Of a stretch of 64,000 bases of DNA, positions 46,961 through 60,636 are shown in pieces. The stretch is from Oikopleura dioica (taxonomy: Eukaryota; Animalia; Chordata). The stretch is taken from contig OU015569.1 in the NCBI GenBank assembly GCA_907165135.1, forward strand, positions 2,418,001 to 2,482,000, written 5' to 3'. The position numbers were made by a program, and so were the translations under genes. The notes under the pieces were generated by a model. The model saw only the letters and a program-made list of their open reading frames with translations. It was not told the DNA's origin and searched no databases. How positions within the stretch are numbered: position 1 is the stretch's first letter; each line of letters opens with the position of its first letter.

Positions 46961-47699
46961 ACATAGCTTAGTTTTATGAAAGTAGATAATGGCCACAACA
47001 GTTCGTGTTGACTGTTGCAGGAGTTAAGATCCCATTTCTTTCGAGGACGTGAAATTTAAAGTTCAAATTTCCATGCGCGCGAAGAGCAGTTTTTCCGTTC
47101 ATGCGTCCCTCCACCTGTCGCATCCAGCCCAATTCTCACTCGCGGCGTTTCTTCAAGATCGACTTGGCGATGAACAGACGTTATGGGACTAGAAGCATCT
47201 CCTACGTTTGTTTCCGGCTGCATATTCTCAATAAATCACAATTATAAAATGTTAAAATGACTGAAAATGTGTTTGAACTTTACCGTAAATTTTCGCGGAA
47301 AACACAAAAACCGTTTCTTTTGAAAATTTCAAAAACACAGCTTTTGCAAACGGCCGCGCCTGAACCTTCCGAGCAGCGCCAAAAATACGGAATCAAGATT
47401 TTCAGTTCGGCGCTGGTTCAAAACTCCAAATTCCCGGTCGGACCACGGAGCCAATTCTATTTTTCAACAGATAGCCGATACCGAACAAGAGAAACAATCG
47501 TTATCAAAGAGCATGCACTCTAGTAGACGTAATGCTCCTGTGGCGCAAGACACTAAGAAAAAGGAACAGTGGCTTGTAAAACTATCGAAATTTCTTCTAT
47601 TCACTATTTTAGGTTTAAAAACAAGGGTCTTTATTAACGTTAATTAGTAATTTATCCAGATGACAAATTTTAAAAAGTCTTAAAAAGTCCGGGAATAAA

Positions 47700-49990
47700 A
47701 TCGACGAGCACGTACTCAAGAGCGGCATCGATGAGCTCTCCGAGTTTATTGACCCCACTACTAACGTCATCTACACGAAAATCCGCGCCCTTGGCAAAGG
47801 AGGCTTCGCCAAAGTCTATCAGTGCAAGCGCGGGCACCCGTTCCCCGAAGACTACGCAGACGTCGCGCTCAAAATCGTTCCTAAATCGCGCGTCGCCAAG
47901 CCCAGCCAGTTGGAAAAGATTAAGGGCGAAATTAGTATCCAGAGCACGCTAGAACATCCCAACATTGTCAAGCTGCTCACGAGCTTCGAAGACCCGACTA
48001 AAATTTGCATCGCCGTCGAGCTTTGCCACCGCAAGAGTCTCACTAGCTTGGTCAAGCAAAAGAACCAGGTCTGAATATTTTTCCTTCAATTGAAAGATTA
48101 AATCCTAATCAAGGTGCCGCAACAAGAAGTGGCGCGAATCGGGACCGCGATCGTGCAAGCTCTGCATTACATCCACTCGCGCGGGATCGTTCACCGCGAT
48201 CTCAAACTCGGCAACATTCTGCTCACGAGCGATGGCACCCCCAAGCTCGCCGACTTCGGCCTCGCCATGTACTACGAACACGCAAAGCCAGGGAACATCT
48301 GTGGCACGCCTAACTTCATTTCTCCCGAAGTTCTCAATGAGCATCCTCATCGCCCTCCATCTGACATTTGGGCTTTAGGTAATTACTTATTAGCAATTAT
48401 CAGTATTCAACATTTCTTTAACTAACCTAGGCTGCGTTCTCTGCACCCTGCTCTCTGGAAAGTCATGTTTCGACTACACGAACATGAAAGAGACGTATCA
48501 AAGAATCCTGAAGCTGCAGTACAATCTGCCCGACTGGCTATCGGAAGAGGCGAAAGATCTCATCCGCAAAATCCTCGTGCCTGATCCGAACACGCGGCTC
48601 AATCACGAGCAAATCCTCGCCCACCCAATGATGCAGAATACACCGATGACAGGTGTTCTTTCGGAGCGCAGAGACAGGTGATTTCGCTGTTGACTATTAA
48701 AAAATAACGATATTTTCTCTTTTAGCGAGAAAAACGTTCTCACTCACAACGCGCTCAAAAGACGATACAGCGAGGGCTTCGGAAACCAGGGACAACGATC
48801 CAACTCGAACAAGAACGTCGCCCCTGCACTTCTCTCTCCGATGCACCAAGATCCAGGAAGAAGTTCTGCTTTTGTGGGTTACAACACGAACCAGTACACC
48901 TTCAACCCACCGCCAAGGGTAAACAATTTTGATTAACAACGATTTTCTCAACAGGTTAATTTCAGCTTGCGATCAACAATGAGACGATCATTCCGCCGGA
49001 GCAGCCTGTATGCAAGACGCTCCCATCTCCCAAGGAAGGTGCAAATAATATTAAAAGCAATTAAAATTATAAAACTTATAATTTATGCCAAAAAAGCATA
49101 ATCCAACGACTCGACTCCTCGAAGAAAACCGAGTTGTTTGGATCTCGAAATGGGTCGATTACACGAACAAGTAAGACTCACAACCAAAAAATCAAGGAAG
49201 AAAACTAACTTTTTTTTTCAGGCTTGGATTTGGGTACAAACTATCCGACGGCAAAATTGGAGCGAACATGCCCTCGCCGAGCAAATCGTTCATCATCCTC
49301 CGACGAAACGGCTTCATGGCGGACGACTATTCAGAATATAGACAGTCGAGAACGACGTAAGCATTTTTCTTTTTGATGATTTTCTGATGACTCTCTTTTA
49401 GGTTTATGTTCAACGGGCAGATCGGGCCGGAGCACAGCCGCCACAAGAAGATACTTGACTATTTCATCAAGTACATGAGGGAGAACCTGACCAGCGGCGC
49501 CGAAAATCTCATGCTTCTGAGCAGAGAGGCGTCCAACGACACCATCGATGTTCGACTCGTTCGCCATCAAAATTCCGAATTCGTAAGTGAATCAAGTCAA
49601 AAGTCGTCCATATTCATCCATCTCTTGTGTTCAGGAAGGAAGGCAAGCGATAGCGATGGAGTTGTCGAACGGGACCCTTCAGGTGAACTTTTCCGGATCG
49701 CGTAAATTCGTGATCCACAAGCCGCGCTCACTGACAAACGCTGTCATCCTGATCATCGACAGCCAGAGACAAGGACAGGTACGCCAAAACTCTTCAAATA
49801 ATGTATAATAACCCTTTCCTAGGCCTTCGACTGTTCGAACATGATGACAATCCCGCACGAGGAAAACAAGAACCTCGAGCACGTGCACAGGATTTTCCAC
49901 AAAATGCACGGTGACAGCGTCCACTGTTGGACCGCCACCGGATGGGGCTCCATCCTCTGCAGGTTGACCAATGCTGTTGGTCATGTATAG
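47700..49990 (+). CDS. plk: Polo-like kinase
   Basis: LGKGGFAKVY, VALKIVPK, HRDLKLGN, DFGLA and CGTPNFISPE; polo box WISKWVDYTNK.GFGYKLSDG; start codon not located. Confidence 0.92.
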
Positions 49991-51204
49991 GCTCGGATCA
50001 AAAGTGAAAGTAGCAAACTTAGCTTTCTCATTGCTTGAAGCACAACTCGATCCAATTTAAAGACATCCGTGTATATACTCTTCTCATTTATTGACCCCAT
50101 ACATTCCGCAAGTTCTCAAGCCGCAGTTTTCTTTCGAAATGGACCCGTCTTCATTCATTCTTCCTATATTCCAAGAGGGCCGTTTCGAGCGACTGTTCAA
50201 TTCATTCAAGTTCATTCTTATTCTAATTTCCATCATTCCTATCTACATTTCTGTGCAGTTCCATTTCCATTATTCCATTCGTTTCATACGCTTACTGCAA
50301 ATATTAAGCAAAATAAATCAATTCGAGAAAATTAATTATTGGAAGAATATTTATTATCCAATATTGCTGCAGTTCGAAAGTAAGGAAATGAAAATCGTAG
50401 CTGAGAAATAAAGCCGTGTATCGCAGTTTCTTCACAAAGTGACGGTAAAATCTAAACGAGCCAACCAAAACGGGCGGTGCGTTTTCTCGCGTAGGCGCAG
50501 CGTAGGAGGCGGCACCGCGTTTTAATTGGTCGACTACACAAGAAACGTGGTAAAAGAACAAAACGAACGAGCTAAAGAAGGGTATCGAAAGAGACGATAA
50601 GGGCACATTGTATAGGCATGTTTGCGCTGAAATTGAAAAAGTCTCGATTTTGGGTCACCCAATCACATGACGTCATCAATTTATCACGTGATACAGCTTC
50701 GAGGTGAAAAAGGCGCAACCTCGCTGTATCTAATTAAATTAATAATAAAGAGGGAATAGTATTTACATTGGGCATGCGCGCGCGGCACTTTCCAAGCGCG
50801 TTTTGCCCGCTGGCGAGAGCCGCGAGAAACACGCTTGCAAATGCGCTGAAGTGCGCTTTGGTGAGGCATTTGTGCTTGCGCAAAAAATGAGAAGCGCAAA
50901 GGCCTCGTCGCTTTTCCTCGATCAGGATTCGAATGGCGCAAAATCTTTGGCTGCTTGGCATAGAACGCTACCTAGTGGTGATGGAGATGGTAAAAAATCC
51001 GACCTTTTTTCGGCTCCCAAGAGATTAATTTTCTCAAGGGAGCATCATCCCCACCACCAGCCGGTAAGCTATTTGAAAATATAAATTTACAGTGAATTAT
51101 TATTAAAAACATATATTATACTTGACATGCGAAATGTGGATTATAATATATTCCGTTTTGAGTAATAATCAATAATCATCCTCGGTGTGGTGTTTTTCGG
51201 CAAT

Positions 51205-54200
51205 TTACGCACAGGTAATAGAATCGTGCTCCCATCGGAACTTCTTGTTGCAAGTGGCAACGGCGATGCTTGGGCTTCCACCGTTCAGGCAGACGACCTC
51301 GCATTCAACGTTCTAGACACAAGTTTTAACCATTCTTATTTATCTTCAAAACATACCTTGCCACCAGCACAGTTGGTGAAGGCAACATCAGGACCGAATG
51401 CAGTGGTGTCACAGCCAGTATCGGCTTCAACAAGAACTCGCTGAGCAACTTCTTCGACTGGTGCCTCACTAACTGGGGCTTCCTCTGGAGCAGATTCCTC
51501 GGAAACTGCCTCGGTGGAGGTTGTCGAAGTGGTTGAGGCTGCGGCTGTGGACTTACCCTTTGACTTTTTGTCCTTTTTGCCAGCTTTGCCTGCTTTGGCT
51601 GGTTTACCACTGCTGGTTGTAGTTGCACTCTTGGCACCTCCACAGGAGATGGTCTCCTTCTTCGAGATGTCCCAGTTGCACTTGCCCTTCTTGCATTTAC
51701 ACTTGACAGTATCCTTTGATGGCTCGCTGTTACCATCCGCACAAGTAAAGCTGCACTGTTTGGCGCTGCATTGAGCCAAAACTCCACCTTCCATCTTCTC
51801 GAAAGAGCCGCAGCCACCCTCTTCGGTTCCACTGTCACCACCATCAGAGCATTGGATGCCCTTCTTTTGATATTCTTTTCAATGATCCACTTTCCTCCCT
51901 TGCAGTCGAGCTTGGAAGCAGTTGGATCGCCACCGTTGGAGCAGCTGTAATCACATCGGTTACCGCTGCAATCTTCGACGACATTGTCTCCAAGTTTGAC
52001 CTGAAAATAAATTTATTTATTTGCAATAAAGCGATAACTTACATTTGGACTGCCGCAATCATCTTCTGGTTCTTCGACTTCACCACCGTTTCCGGCCTTT
52101 TCACATCGGATCTGTCCAGGGTAGTTTGGTGACCATCCCTCGTCAATGGCAGCGAGGCAGATGACGTTAGTTGGGGCACCCTTGTTCAATTTGTAACCAG
52201 GGTCGCACTTGAAACCACAATTGGTATCAGTACATCGAACCTGCATGTTATCCTCGTCAATGTTGTAGGTCTCTCGGACTGGTCCACAGCTCTTGACTGG
52301 TGGCTGAGTTGGGGCTTCGCCAGCTTCACAGATAATTGTTCGGACACCTTCACCCTCGATCTTCTTGTAGATTGGGACACCGTATGGGCTAGCGTAAACA
52401 GCTCGCCAGAAACCTTCCATGGCACCTGGCTTGTAGCACTGAACCTTTCGCAATTCCTGGCCGGTCTCCTTGACTCGTGGTGGCACGAAGGTACCATCTT
52501 CGTTTCGGAGTCGGCAGATCAAGTGGCAGTACTGGTCCATCTCTCCTGGGGTGTACTCTGGGCACTCAATCTCAAGGAGTGGATCGCTGGTGATATAGCC
52601 AGTCTCTGGTCCGAAATCGTCGCAGCCAGACAAGCATTTGACAGATGTCTGGAAACCGTTCAAGAACTCTCCAGTGAGGGTCTGGCAAATAAGTTCGTCC
52701 ATAGTTGGAGCGACAGAAGAACCCTCTTCGGCATCGCAAGAGAAGTAGCAGATGTCGGCATCGGAACATTCATGAATGACACCTTCTCCGATGGAAAGAA
52801 CATCAGATGGGTCACCGCAAGTGGTGGCAGAGCACGCAACGGAAGCTTCAGGATCAACAAGATCAAAATTACCAGAAGTGGCGAGACAGGCAATAGCGGT
52901 ATGTCCCTTGAGGCCAGAGATGACGGTGCCGTTGCATCCGAGCATGATCTTGCCATAACCATCAGCATCAAGCATGCTGAGATCGATCTGGACATCTTCG
53001 CTGAACTGGCCGGCAATGCTGCTGACGTCACCGCACATGGTTTCGCCACAAGTAGATTCCATAGTGGATGATTCAGAGATATGAAGATTGGCAGCGTAGT
53101 CAACATTGACAACACCTTCGATCACAGTGCAAGTAGCAGTGGTGACACCATGGAGGAAGTCAGTGGCATCTTCGCAAGTGTACTCGCAAGTGTTGTTGGC
53201 GCAAGCCTTGATTGAGTTTCCAGTGGTTTCGATGTTACCACAAGCAGTATCGTATCCGGGGTAGCATCCGATGGTGCCGCCAACGTTGGGGTAGTAGTTT
53301 CCGTTGGCCAAACATTCGACTCGTGGAATTGGGTTGTAGTGAGTTGGGTCGGCGCACTCGAAGTAGCAAATTCCAGTGGTTTCATCGCAGATTGCCTTGC
53401 CAGCGCTATCAAGAAGGTTGTACTGATCGGACACATATCCACAGTCAGTCTCTGGTGGAGGAATGCACTCAATGTGCTGACCGACTTGTGTGAGGAACTG
53501 CTTGGTGGACTGGATACATTCGATCTTGTCGATTGGGTATGGCTTCTCATCTGGGCTAGCGCAGGTAAGAGTACACACATCAAGGTCGACGTTTCGGGCA
53601 TTCTTGAAGTACTCGCAAGTGTAGGAGACATCATCATCGAATGTGAAGCTATCTTCAAGATCACCACAAGTAACATCGTAGAGGTTACAGTTGAATTCTT
53701 GGTCGAAGGGGTAGTTGAATTGCTCAGTGCTGACATCGCAGGTAATAAGTTCGATGTTTGGCTGGTGGTTTTCGTACATGACCTGGTCGCAGATGACCTG
53801 ACAGGTGGCAGTATCCCAATCGCAGTTGATAACAGTATCGTTCAACAAATTAGTGAAGTCAGCAGCATTACCGCATGGAGTATCATCTCGGACTTCACAC
53901 TTGATGACTGGGTTGGTAACTGGGCTGGCACTAGAAAAAAATGCTTTCTTGAACAATTATGAGGTCCTGTTTTACCTGTCTGGCCAGAGAACGACATCCT
54001 CGAAGGTTCGAGTGGCAACGTCACAAGTGATAGAGGAAACAAATGGTTGCTCAGCAGCATCTTCGCAAGAGAATTCGCATCCAGACTAAGATATTCGAGT
54101 GATATCTTTTTTAAAAAGTTTAGAGTTTACCTCAGTGCAGGTAGCGACAACTCCAGCTTCGACAGTCCACTTATCAGAAAGGTCACCGCACATGGTGTCC

Positions 54201-57200
54201 TTGCACATGATATCAGTAAGAGTATTGGTGAAAGCATTAGCTTCACAAGTGATCTCGGCGTCGGTAACAAGGACCTTGTTAGTGTCGACACACGATGGTG
54301 CACAAACATGTGGGGTGGTCTTAAAATAATAGATAAATTCAAGAATAACTAAAGATTCCCAACCTGATAGACAGAGACAAAGGCTTCACAGCCGAGGTCG
54401 ATGGCGGCGGGATCGTAAGTGAAAGTATCGGCGAGATTTCCACATGGAGAATCTTGTTTTGGAATACAAGTAAGAGCGTTGCTCTCACTTCCGAAAACAT
54501 GAGTGTATGATGTTCCGTCGCAAGCAGCGTTGAAGTAGCTTGGCATCTGAGCAGGATCAGCACAGCTGAAGTCACAGTAGGTAGCGTTGCAGCTGGCATC
54601 GACGGAGAAACCAACGAACTCGGTAGCGAGCTGGCCACAAGGAGTTTCGGCACAGACGATTTCGACAGATCCGCTCTCGGGCATCAGTGTTCCGGTGTTA
54701 TCACAGATAACTTCGGCAAAGGGGTTCTTGGCGGTATCGATGACGAAACCGGCGTTAGCACCAAAGGCACATGTAAGAGAACACTTAGTAGCATCAGCCT
54801 GGACGTCACAAGAGACATCGATGTCCTTGAATCCAGCTCCGTAGTCGAAGTTCTTTGGATCACCACATCGAGTTTCTTCACAGGTAACGTTGACACCAGT
54901 GTTTTCAACAAAAAGCTCAGTATCAATGTCACATCGGATGACCTCATATGGGTAGGCAAAAAGGGAGGCATCAGAGCAAGTCATAGTACAAACATCCAAG
55001 TTTTGTCGAGCTTCGCCGAATTTAACACAGGTGGAAACGACTCCAGCGCCGATTCCAAAGAAGTCTTCGAGATTACCGCATGTAACATCGTAGAGAGAGC
55101 ATTCCATCTCAATATCAGCAGCCTCAACAAAAAGTCCAGTAGATGGATTACAGGAAATCTTGACGGGGTCAGCCTGAACAGCATCGCCGTAAACAGCTGT
55201 GTCACAGATGATGTTGCACTCCTGGCTAGCTTCGACGCAAGAGAAGGTAGAGTCGGCGGGCAAGTTGACAAAGAAAGCAGTTGGATCACCACAAACAGTG
55301 TGCTCGATTGGAGCGGCACAGCTGATGCTTGTTGGGGTAACTGGCGCGACGGAATCTGGGTAGAGGACAACGGCAGCGAAGCTAAGGTCAGCTTGGCAAG
55401 TAGCGGTATCGAAGGTTGGCACGAGAGAAGCATCGGTACAGGTGAAGGTGCAAACATCATCGACGCACTCGTATTCAACACCAGCTTCGACAGTCCAGGT
55501 AGAAGAAACATCGCCACAGTTGGTGTCCATGCATGTGATAGCGGCACCAGCGCCAGTGTAAGCAGAGTTTTCGCAGGTAACGCTTGTTGGTCCAGTTTGA
55601 ACGTTGTTTGCGTTGGCGCAAGTGACATCGCAGGAGACAGCGGTTGTCTGGTAAAAGGATTCAAGACCAGTACAGGTGATTGTGAAGTCATCTCTGACCA
55701 TGGTGAAAGAGTCCTCAACTTGTCCGCATGGAGTATCGTACTCGGCGACGCAAGCAACCTGTTGGGTCTCGGAGCTATGAGCGTGCTGGTAAGCTCGGTT
55801 GGCAGAGTCACAGGCAAGAGTCAAGTAAGTGGACATCTGTCCAGCAGCACAAGTAAGATCGCAGGAATCGGCGGTGCAGGAAGTGGTCAAGCCAGTGGCA
55901 TCGACATTGTAGAAGTCACCGAGAAGACCACATGGGGTTTCGGCACAATAGATATCGTTTCCAGATGCTGGGGTAAGAGTTCGGTCAATGCATGTAACTT
56001 CATCAACGGGGTATGAGAATGCCTTGGTAGCGTCTCCGTCACAAGAGAGAGCACAAGTGTTGGCGTCGCTGCAAGTAGCAGTAACCTCGGACCAACCAGC
56101 TCCGTAGTTAAAGTTAGCTGGATCACCACATCCGGTGATTTCGCAAGTGACAGCTCCTGCTGGGCTGATAGCGCCATTATCACAGCTAACACCATCGGCT
56201 GGGTAGGGAACAAGGGTAGCATCGGTACACTCGGCAGTACAGAAATCAGCAGTAGAGTTGCAGTTGTAAGTTCCATCAGCAAAATCGCCAGAGAAAGAGT
56301 CCTGATCACCGCAGCTGAGCTCTTGGCAAGAAACGGCGGTAACACTGTCTTTGTTATCACAAGTAATGGCGGCGACACTTGGATGAAGATCACCGGGACA
56401 TTCGACAGCGCACTGTCCTCCGGCACAGTTCAAAGTAGCGCCTTCGGTTTTAGTGATAGTAGTTGGATCAAAAGCAGCATCGCAAGCGAGGATCTGGCAC
56501 TGAACACCGGCACCGCTCCATGCGCTCAAGTCCCATGCGGAAGCACCACATGTGACAGCATCAGTCTTTTCAGCGGCGTTTTCGACAGCAATCATAGTGG
56601 CATCGCTGCAAGAGATGTTACAGGAAGTAGCATCGCAAGCGGCTTCAAGACCCAAAGAGGCAAGTCCAGTCCAGAGATCGTCATCTTCGACAAGACCACA
56701 AGCAGATTCTGTGCATTTGGCAAGCTTGTTGGTAAGGAAAGCCTCGTTAGCGAGGAAATTAGTGCAATCAATGGAAGCAGCTGGCTGAGGGAAGTGAGTA
56801 TCATCGAGACAATTGATAGCACAAGCACCGGCATCACAGACGACATCAGCAGTAGTGGCATCATGAGCGGGGAAATCAACAATTTCAGCCCCGGCGCCAT
56901 CATCACAAGGAAGATCTTGGCACATGAAATTAATTACTTCAGCTGGATTAAGTTCGAATTCTGGTGGTGCAGCGGCTTCGTTACAATGGATTTGTCCATC
57001 CCAAGCAGTGGTGACATCTGAAGCGTCTGGATATGCGGTACTCTTTCCATCAGCGCAAGAAACAGTGCAATAGTCGTTGTGTTTACACTCGACAGTGGCT
57101 TTTGCAGCGATGGCAGGATACCAAGGGTAAGCATTAGAGTCGGTAATGTCACCACATGAGTAAGTACATTCATCTGTGTTGCAGGCGGCTTCCTCTGTGC

Positions 57201-57830
57201 CCAATCCGTCGCAGACGAGATCTGCTCGTCCGGACATGATAAGGAGAAGCTCCTGGTAGTAGGTTCGGTGTTTTCGAGCATTGGTACAATCTCGTTCTCT
57301 TGTAGTGGTACCACCACCGCACTCGGCTGTGCAGTCAGACCAGGGTCCCCACTCACCCCATGATGGGCACTTAGCAAGACCACAGTTTACTTCCTGAGTG
57401 GCTTCGCCAGGTGGACAAAGAGCAGCATCGACGACAACGTCGCCAACCAAACAATCTCTTGTCTGGATCTTGGTAGCGTTGACACCACAAGTGACAGGAC
57501 AACCAGAATCGGTCCACTCTCCCCAAGTTGGGCACGGATCGTTGTCTGGGCAGTTGTCAACCTTCTCAAGGAGCTGGCCGTCAGCATCACTCTCGCAAAC
57601 AATATCATATTCATCACCAATTTGCTTATTAAATTCATCCGCATATGGATCGTCAATCCAAGCGTTCAACTCGTCCTCGCCTGAAAAGTAATTGTCTTTT
57701 TCTTGGCCAAATCAAGAAGGACGCTACCTGATCCGTGTCTAGAATCGACACACTCTCGGACACATGTTCGTGTTCCTTCGTAGCCGCATGATTCTGTGCA
57801 GTTTCCACATTCCCATTCGGTAAAGTTACC
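51205..57830 (-). CDS. Very large (>2000 aa) Cys-rich extracellular protein: N-terminal TSP1 repeats plus many ~55-65 aa six-Cys modules (oikosin/house-protein-like)
   Basis: WGEW...C...CG...R.R.C TSP1 motifs; long ORFs 57669-54349 and 53956-52013 plus small exons down to stop at 51205; first exon not found. Confidence 0.85.
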
Positions 57831-58659
57831 GGTAATTACGATTACGGCTCTAGCTGCTCTCTGGCTTCGCCGACTCGCCTGCGCGCAGCCCGCTTTTTAC
57901 TGGTTGAATATTTTTAATTTTATATTATTTTGACTTGATTTTCGAATGATGTCTATATTGTTAAGTATTTTTATAATAATTGCTTAGTTACTGTTTGTTG
58001 CCACGTGTTTCTGTTCGGTAGAAAGCTTACAGGTCTCTTATTTTATCGTTATTCTCTTCTATGTCTCCAAAAATATAAAGTATTGAACCAGCTCCTAAAA
58101 GGGCAAATATTAAGCCCGAGCGGATCATCCGGGCGGGCTCAGATGAAAAATGGAATTCGGAAGTCGCACGAGTAAATCCAATTTTATTCTTGCTTCCTCA
58201 GATTATAACCGCACTGATAAGAGCATGATAACCAGCCGGTTCATGCTCCGGCGTTGCCGCCGAAATCGGACGCATCGAAGTCGGAGATTTTTGCGGAGAT
58301 CAGTCAGATATTTTTCTTCGCTAGTTGATCAAAACCATAATAATTCAGCTGATTTAGAATACCCCAGAATGGAGAAGAAACTTTCTCATTATGCGAACCT
58401 TCCTGGACTAATAGACAAAACCCAAAAGGACCCATTTTACAAATTCTCGAATAAAAACTCAACTACGATTTTGAAATACGGGAAAATCTTTATTGATAAG
58501 AAAGGGGGAAATCGCTGATTTTCGCGATTATGGACCGAGACAAGATCGGAGAAACTCAGAACGTGCAAACCGCTTTACTCTACTGAGTTTTAATTCAATA
58601 AATCTTGCCCTGAAGAATCTATTCGGGCGATTCTATGTGTTTTCATTTTTGTCAAAAAT

Positions 58660-59114
58660 TTTATAAGATTTGTAAAGAAGATGCTTGTTTTCAACCAGCA
58701 TCCGGAGGACCTCCTCAACCGGAGCGTCATGGTCAAACTTTTGGTGTATGCTACTAATGATGAACGAGGGCAAGAATAAATGTATTTTAGCGTCCAACTC
58801 GTGAGGGAGAGGAAACGATGGCAGCGTATCGATACGCAGTTCAACAGGTAATTGAATTACCGTAATGCATTAATTTTATATTCATTTAAATGTCTCTAAT
58901 ACTTTTTAAGGGGAACCAACCCTGCAAATGGTTCCGTAAGAATTGCAACTTGAGAGAGTCGCAAAAGAAGGTCTGCGAGACTCAGCCGGTCAAGAGTGGC
59001 TACTTCTTTCTTCCTCGCTGCCTGAAATGGGGCTTCGTTTGCCGGGCTCACAAGTTGTCCCAGCAAATGAAGGACAACCTCGGACCTGACAATGTTAGTT
59101 TCTGTATTGGCTAA
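58660..59114 (+). CDS. Possible small multi-exon gene, unknown function
   Basis: Three short open segments bounded by plausible splice sites; no domain recognised. Confidence 0.3.
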
Positions 59115-59539
59115 TAATTGATTCTGAATAAACAACGACACCGGACTAGTATGAATTTTTATGGACGTTATGCAAATAAGTTCCGACATTAAAGTCATTT
59201 GATTTCACTTGTTCACAATGTCATCAAAATAAATTAGCTTGGCGAGAAGTATATTTAATTTTAAGACAGAGCCAAGTGCTCCTGAATAATAAACCAGACA
59301 GTAGCAAGGAGACGTCCTGCGCGAAAAACCTAACTCAAAAGATGAACAAGATCTTTCGCAGTGAAAACCTATGGGATGAGAAATTAACTAGGTAAAAGTA
59401 GAACATATCGAAGAAAAAAGAGAAAGAATTCTTATCCCCGAACGCAGTTTTGATCCCGATGTGGATGTTGCCAGATCCCCAGCAAATAAAACAAGAACGA
59501 GAACGGTATCGTCGCTCTTTTAGGGCGCATTTTTTAACT

Positions 59540-60636
59540 TGTTTTAGATCGCATTAGTGATGACAGCCTTTATCCTCCTCAACGTAATAATGATCTACAG
59601 AATCTGCTCGCGCGATTTTATTCACATCAAGTTTACTTTTTTGCTCAAAATTATCCTAGGTAAATCGCAAAAGCCTTACCCTGACCATTTATATGCTGAT
59701 TTCTTATTGTAGAAAACCTGAGTCAGCTTTTAAAAGAGTTTTGATATAAGCCGCGAAGCGGCTTTCTTAAAAACAAAGCCGCAAAGCGGCTTCCCTAGTG
59801 CTTTTAAATAGATTATGGACCATAATTTAAGGTGGTTTTTGAAGCAGCCCTTTCATAACCCTGACTCAGGTGTTCTGCACAGGTTCCCGAGCCTAGCTTG
59901 AGATGTTTCTTTTAGACTCTAAAAATTAGAAAATTCTAAATTTAGAGCATTACTTGCTCAGCACATCTATAATTTTCGGCTGCACTGGTGCGGTCCTCTG
60001 TATCTACCAGTTCTTCGGAATCATGACGGACAATTGGGCGCATTTTTTCAAGTTTGACCACAATACAGGAATGAGTTACAGTTCCGGCCAGACTGCAACT
60101 TGCAGACAAAGATCAAGCATACCAAGGGGAACCTATTAAACTCAAATTAAGCGGTGAATATTTCCGAGTACGAAGATTGCCAAAAATCGCACGAAGGTAA
60201 GCAAGTTTCAGCCGTTCTGGACAGCCGCTGTTTAAAAATTTAGAGGGGATAGCGACAGAAGTGATTGCCAGCCTTTACGCCAGCCATAAGACATCCATTG
60301 CACTCAGAGAGGTTCTACAAGGGCTAATAATAGTAGCCAGAATAATCAAAATAGAACCAGCATAAGTTCGAGGAGAACGACGGGTCTTTATGAGTCGAGA
60401 CTAAGGTGACTTCTGAATTATTTATGCCCGGAAATTGCTCACTCTCTTTCTTTTCAGCGACATCTTTAGCGATCGAAGTAGTCGACTCTGACCCTTTGCT
60501 GCTGACCCTGTTCTTGTTCATTATTAAGCAACTGCCTCAAAACATTGCCGCAATACATCATCCTAGTGTTTTCAATGCTCTGATCGATTTCTATTTTGAA
60601 AGTGATAAGCCAATTAAACAGGAAGAGGTTTACTAA
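59540..60636 (+). CDS. Possible small membrane protein, multi-exon
   Basis: Hydrophobic open segments (IALVMTAFILLNVIMIY; STSIIFGCTGAVLCIYQFFG) between splice-like sites; the gene model was not resolved. Confidence 0.3.
59700..59897. mobile_element. MITE family, degenerate copy
   Basis: GTAGAAAACCTGAGTCAG, AAGCCGCGAAGCGGCTT, AAGCCGCAAAGCGGCTT ... CCCTGACTCAGG ... CCGAGCCTAG. Confidence 0.75.

Noticed and set aside
52523-57691. Long ORFs antisense to or overlapping the Cys-rich matrix gene (e.g. 55003-56016 +)
   Set aside because: Shadow ORFs expected from biased codon usage of the real minus-strand gene; no domains.
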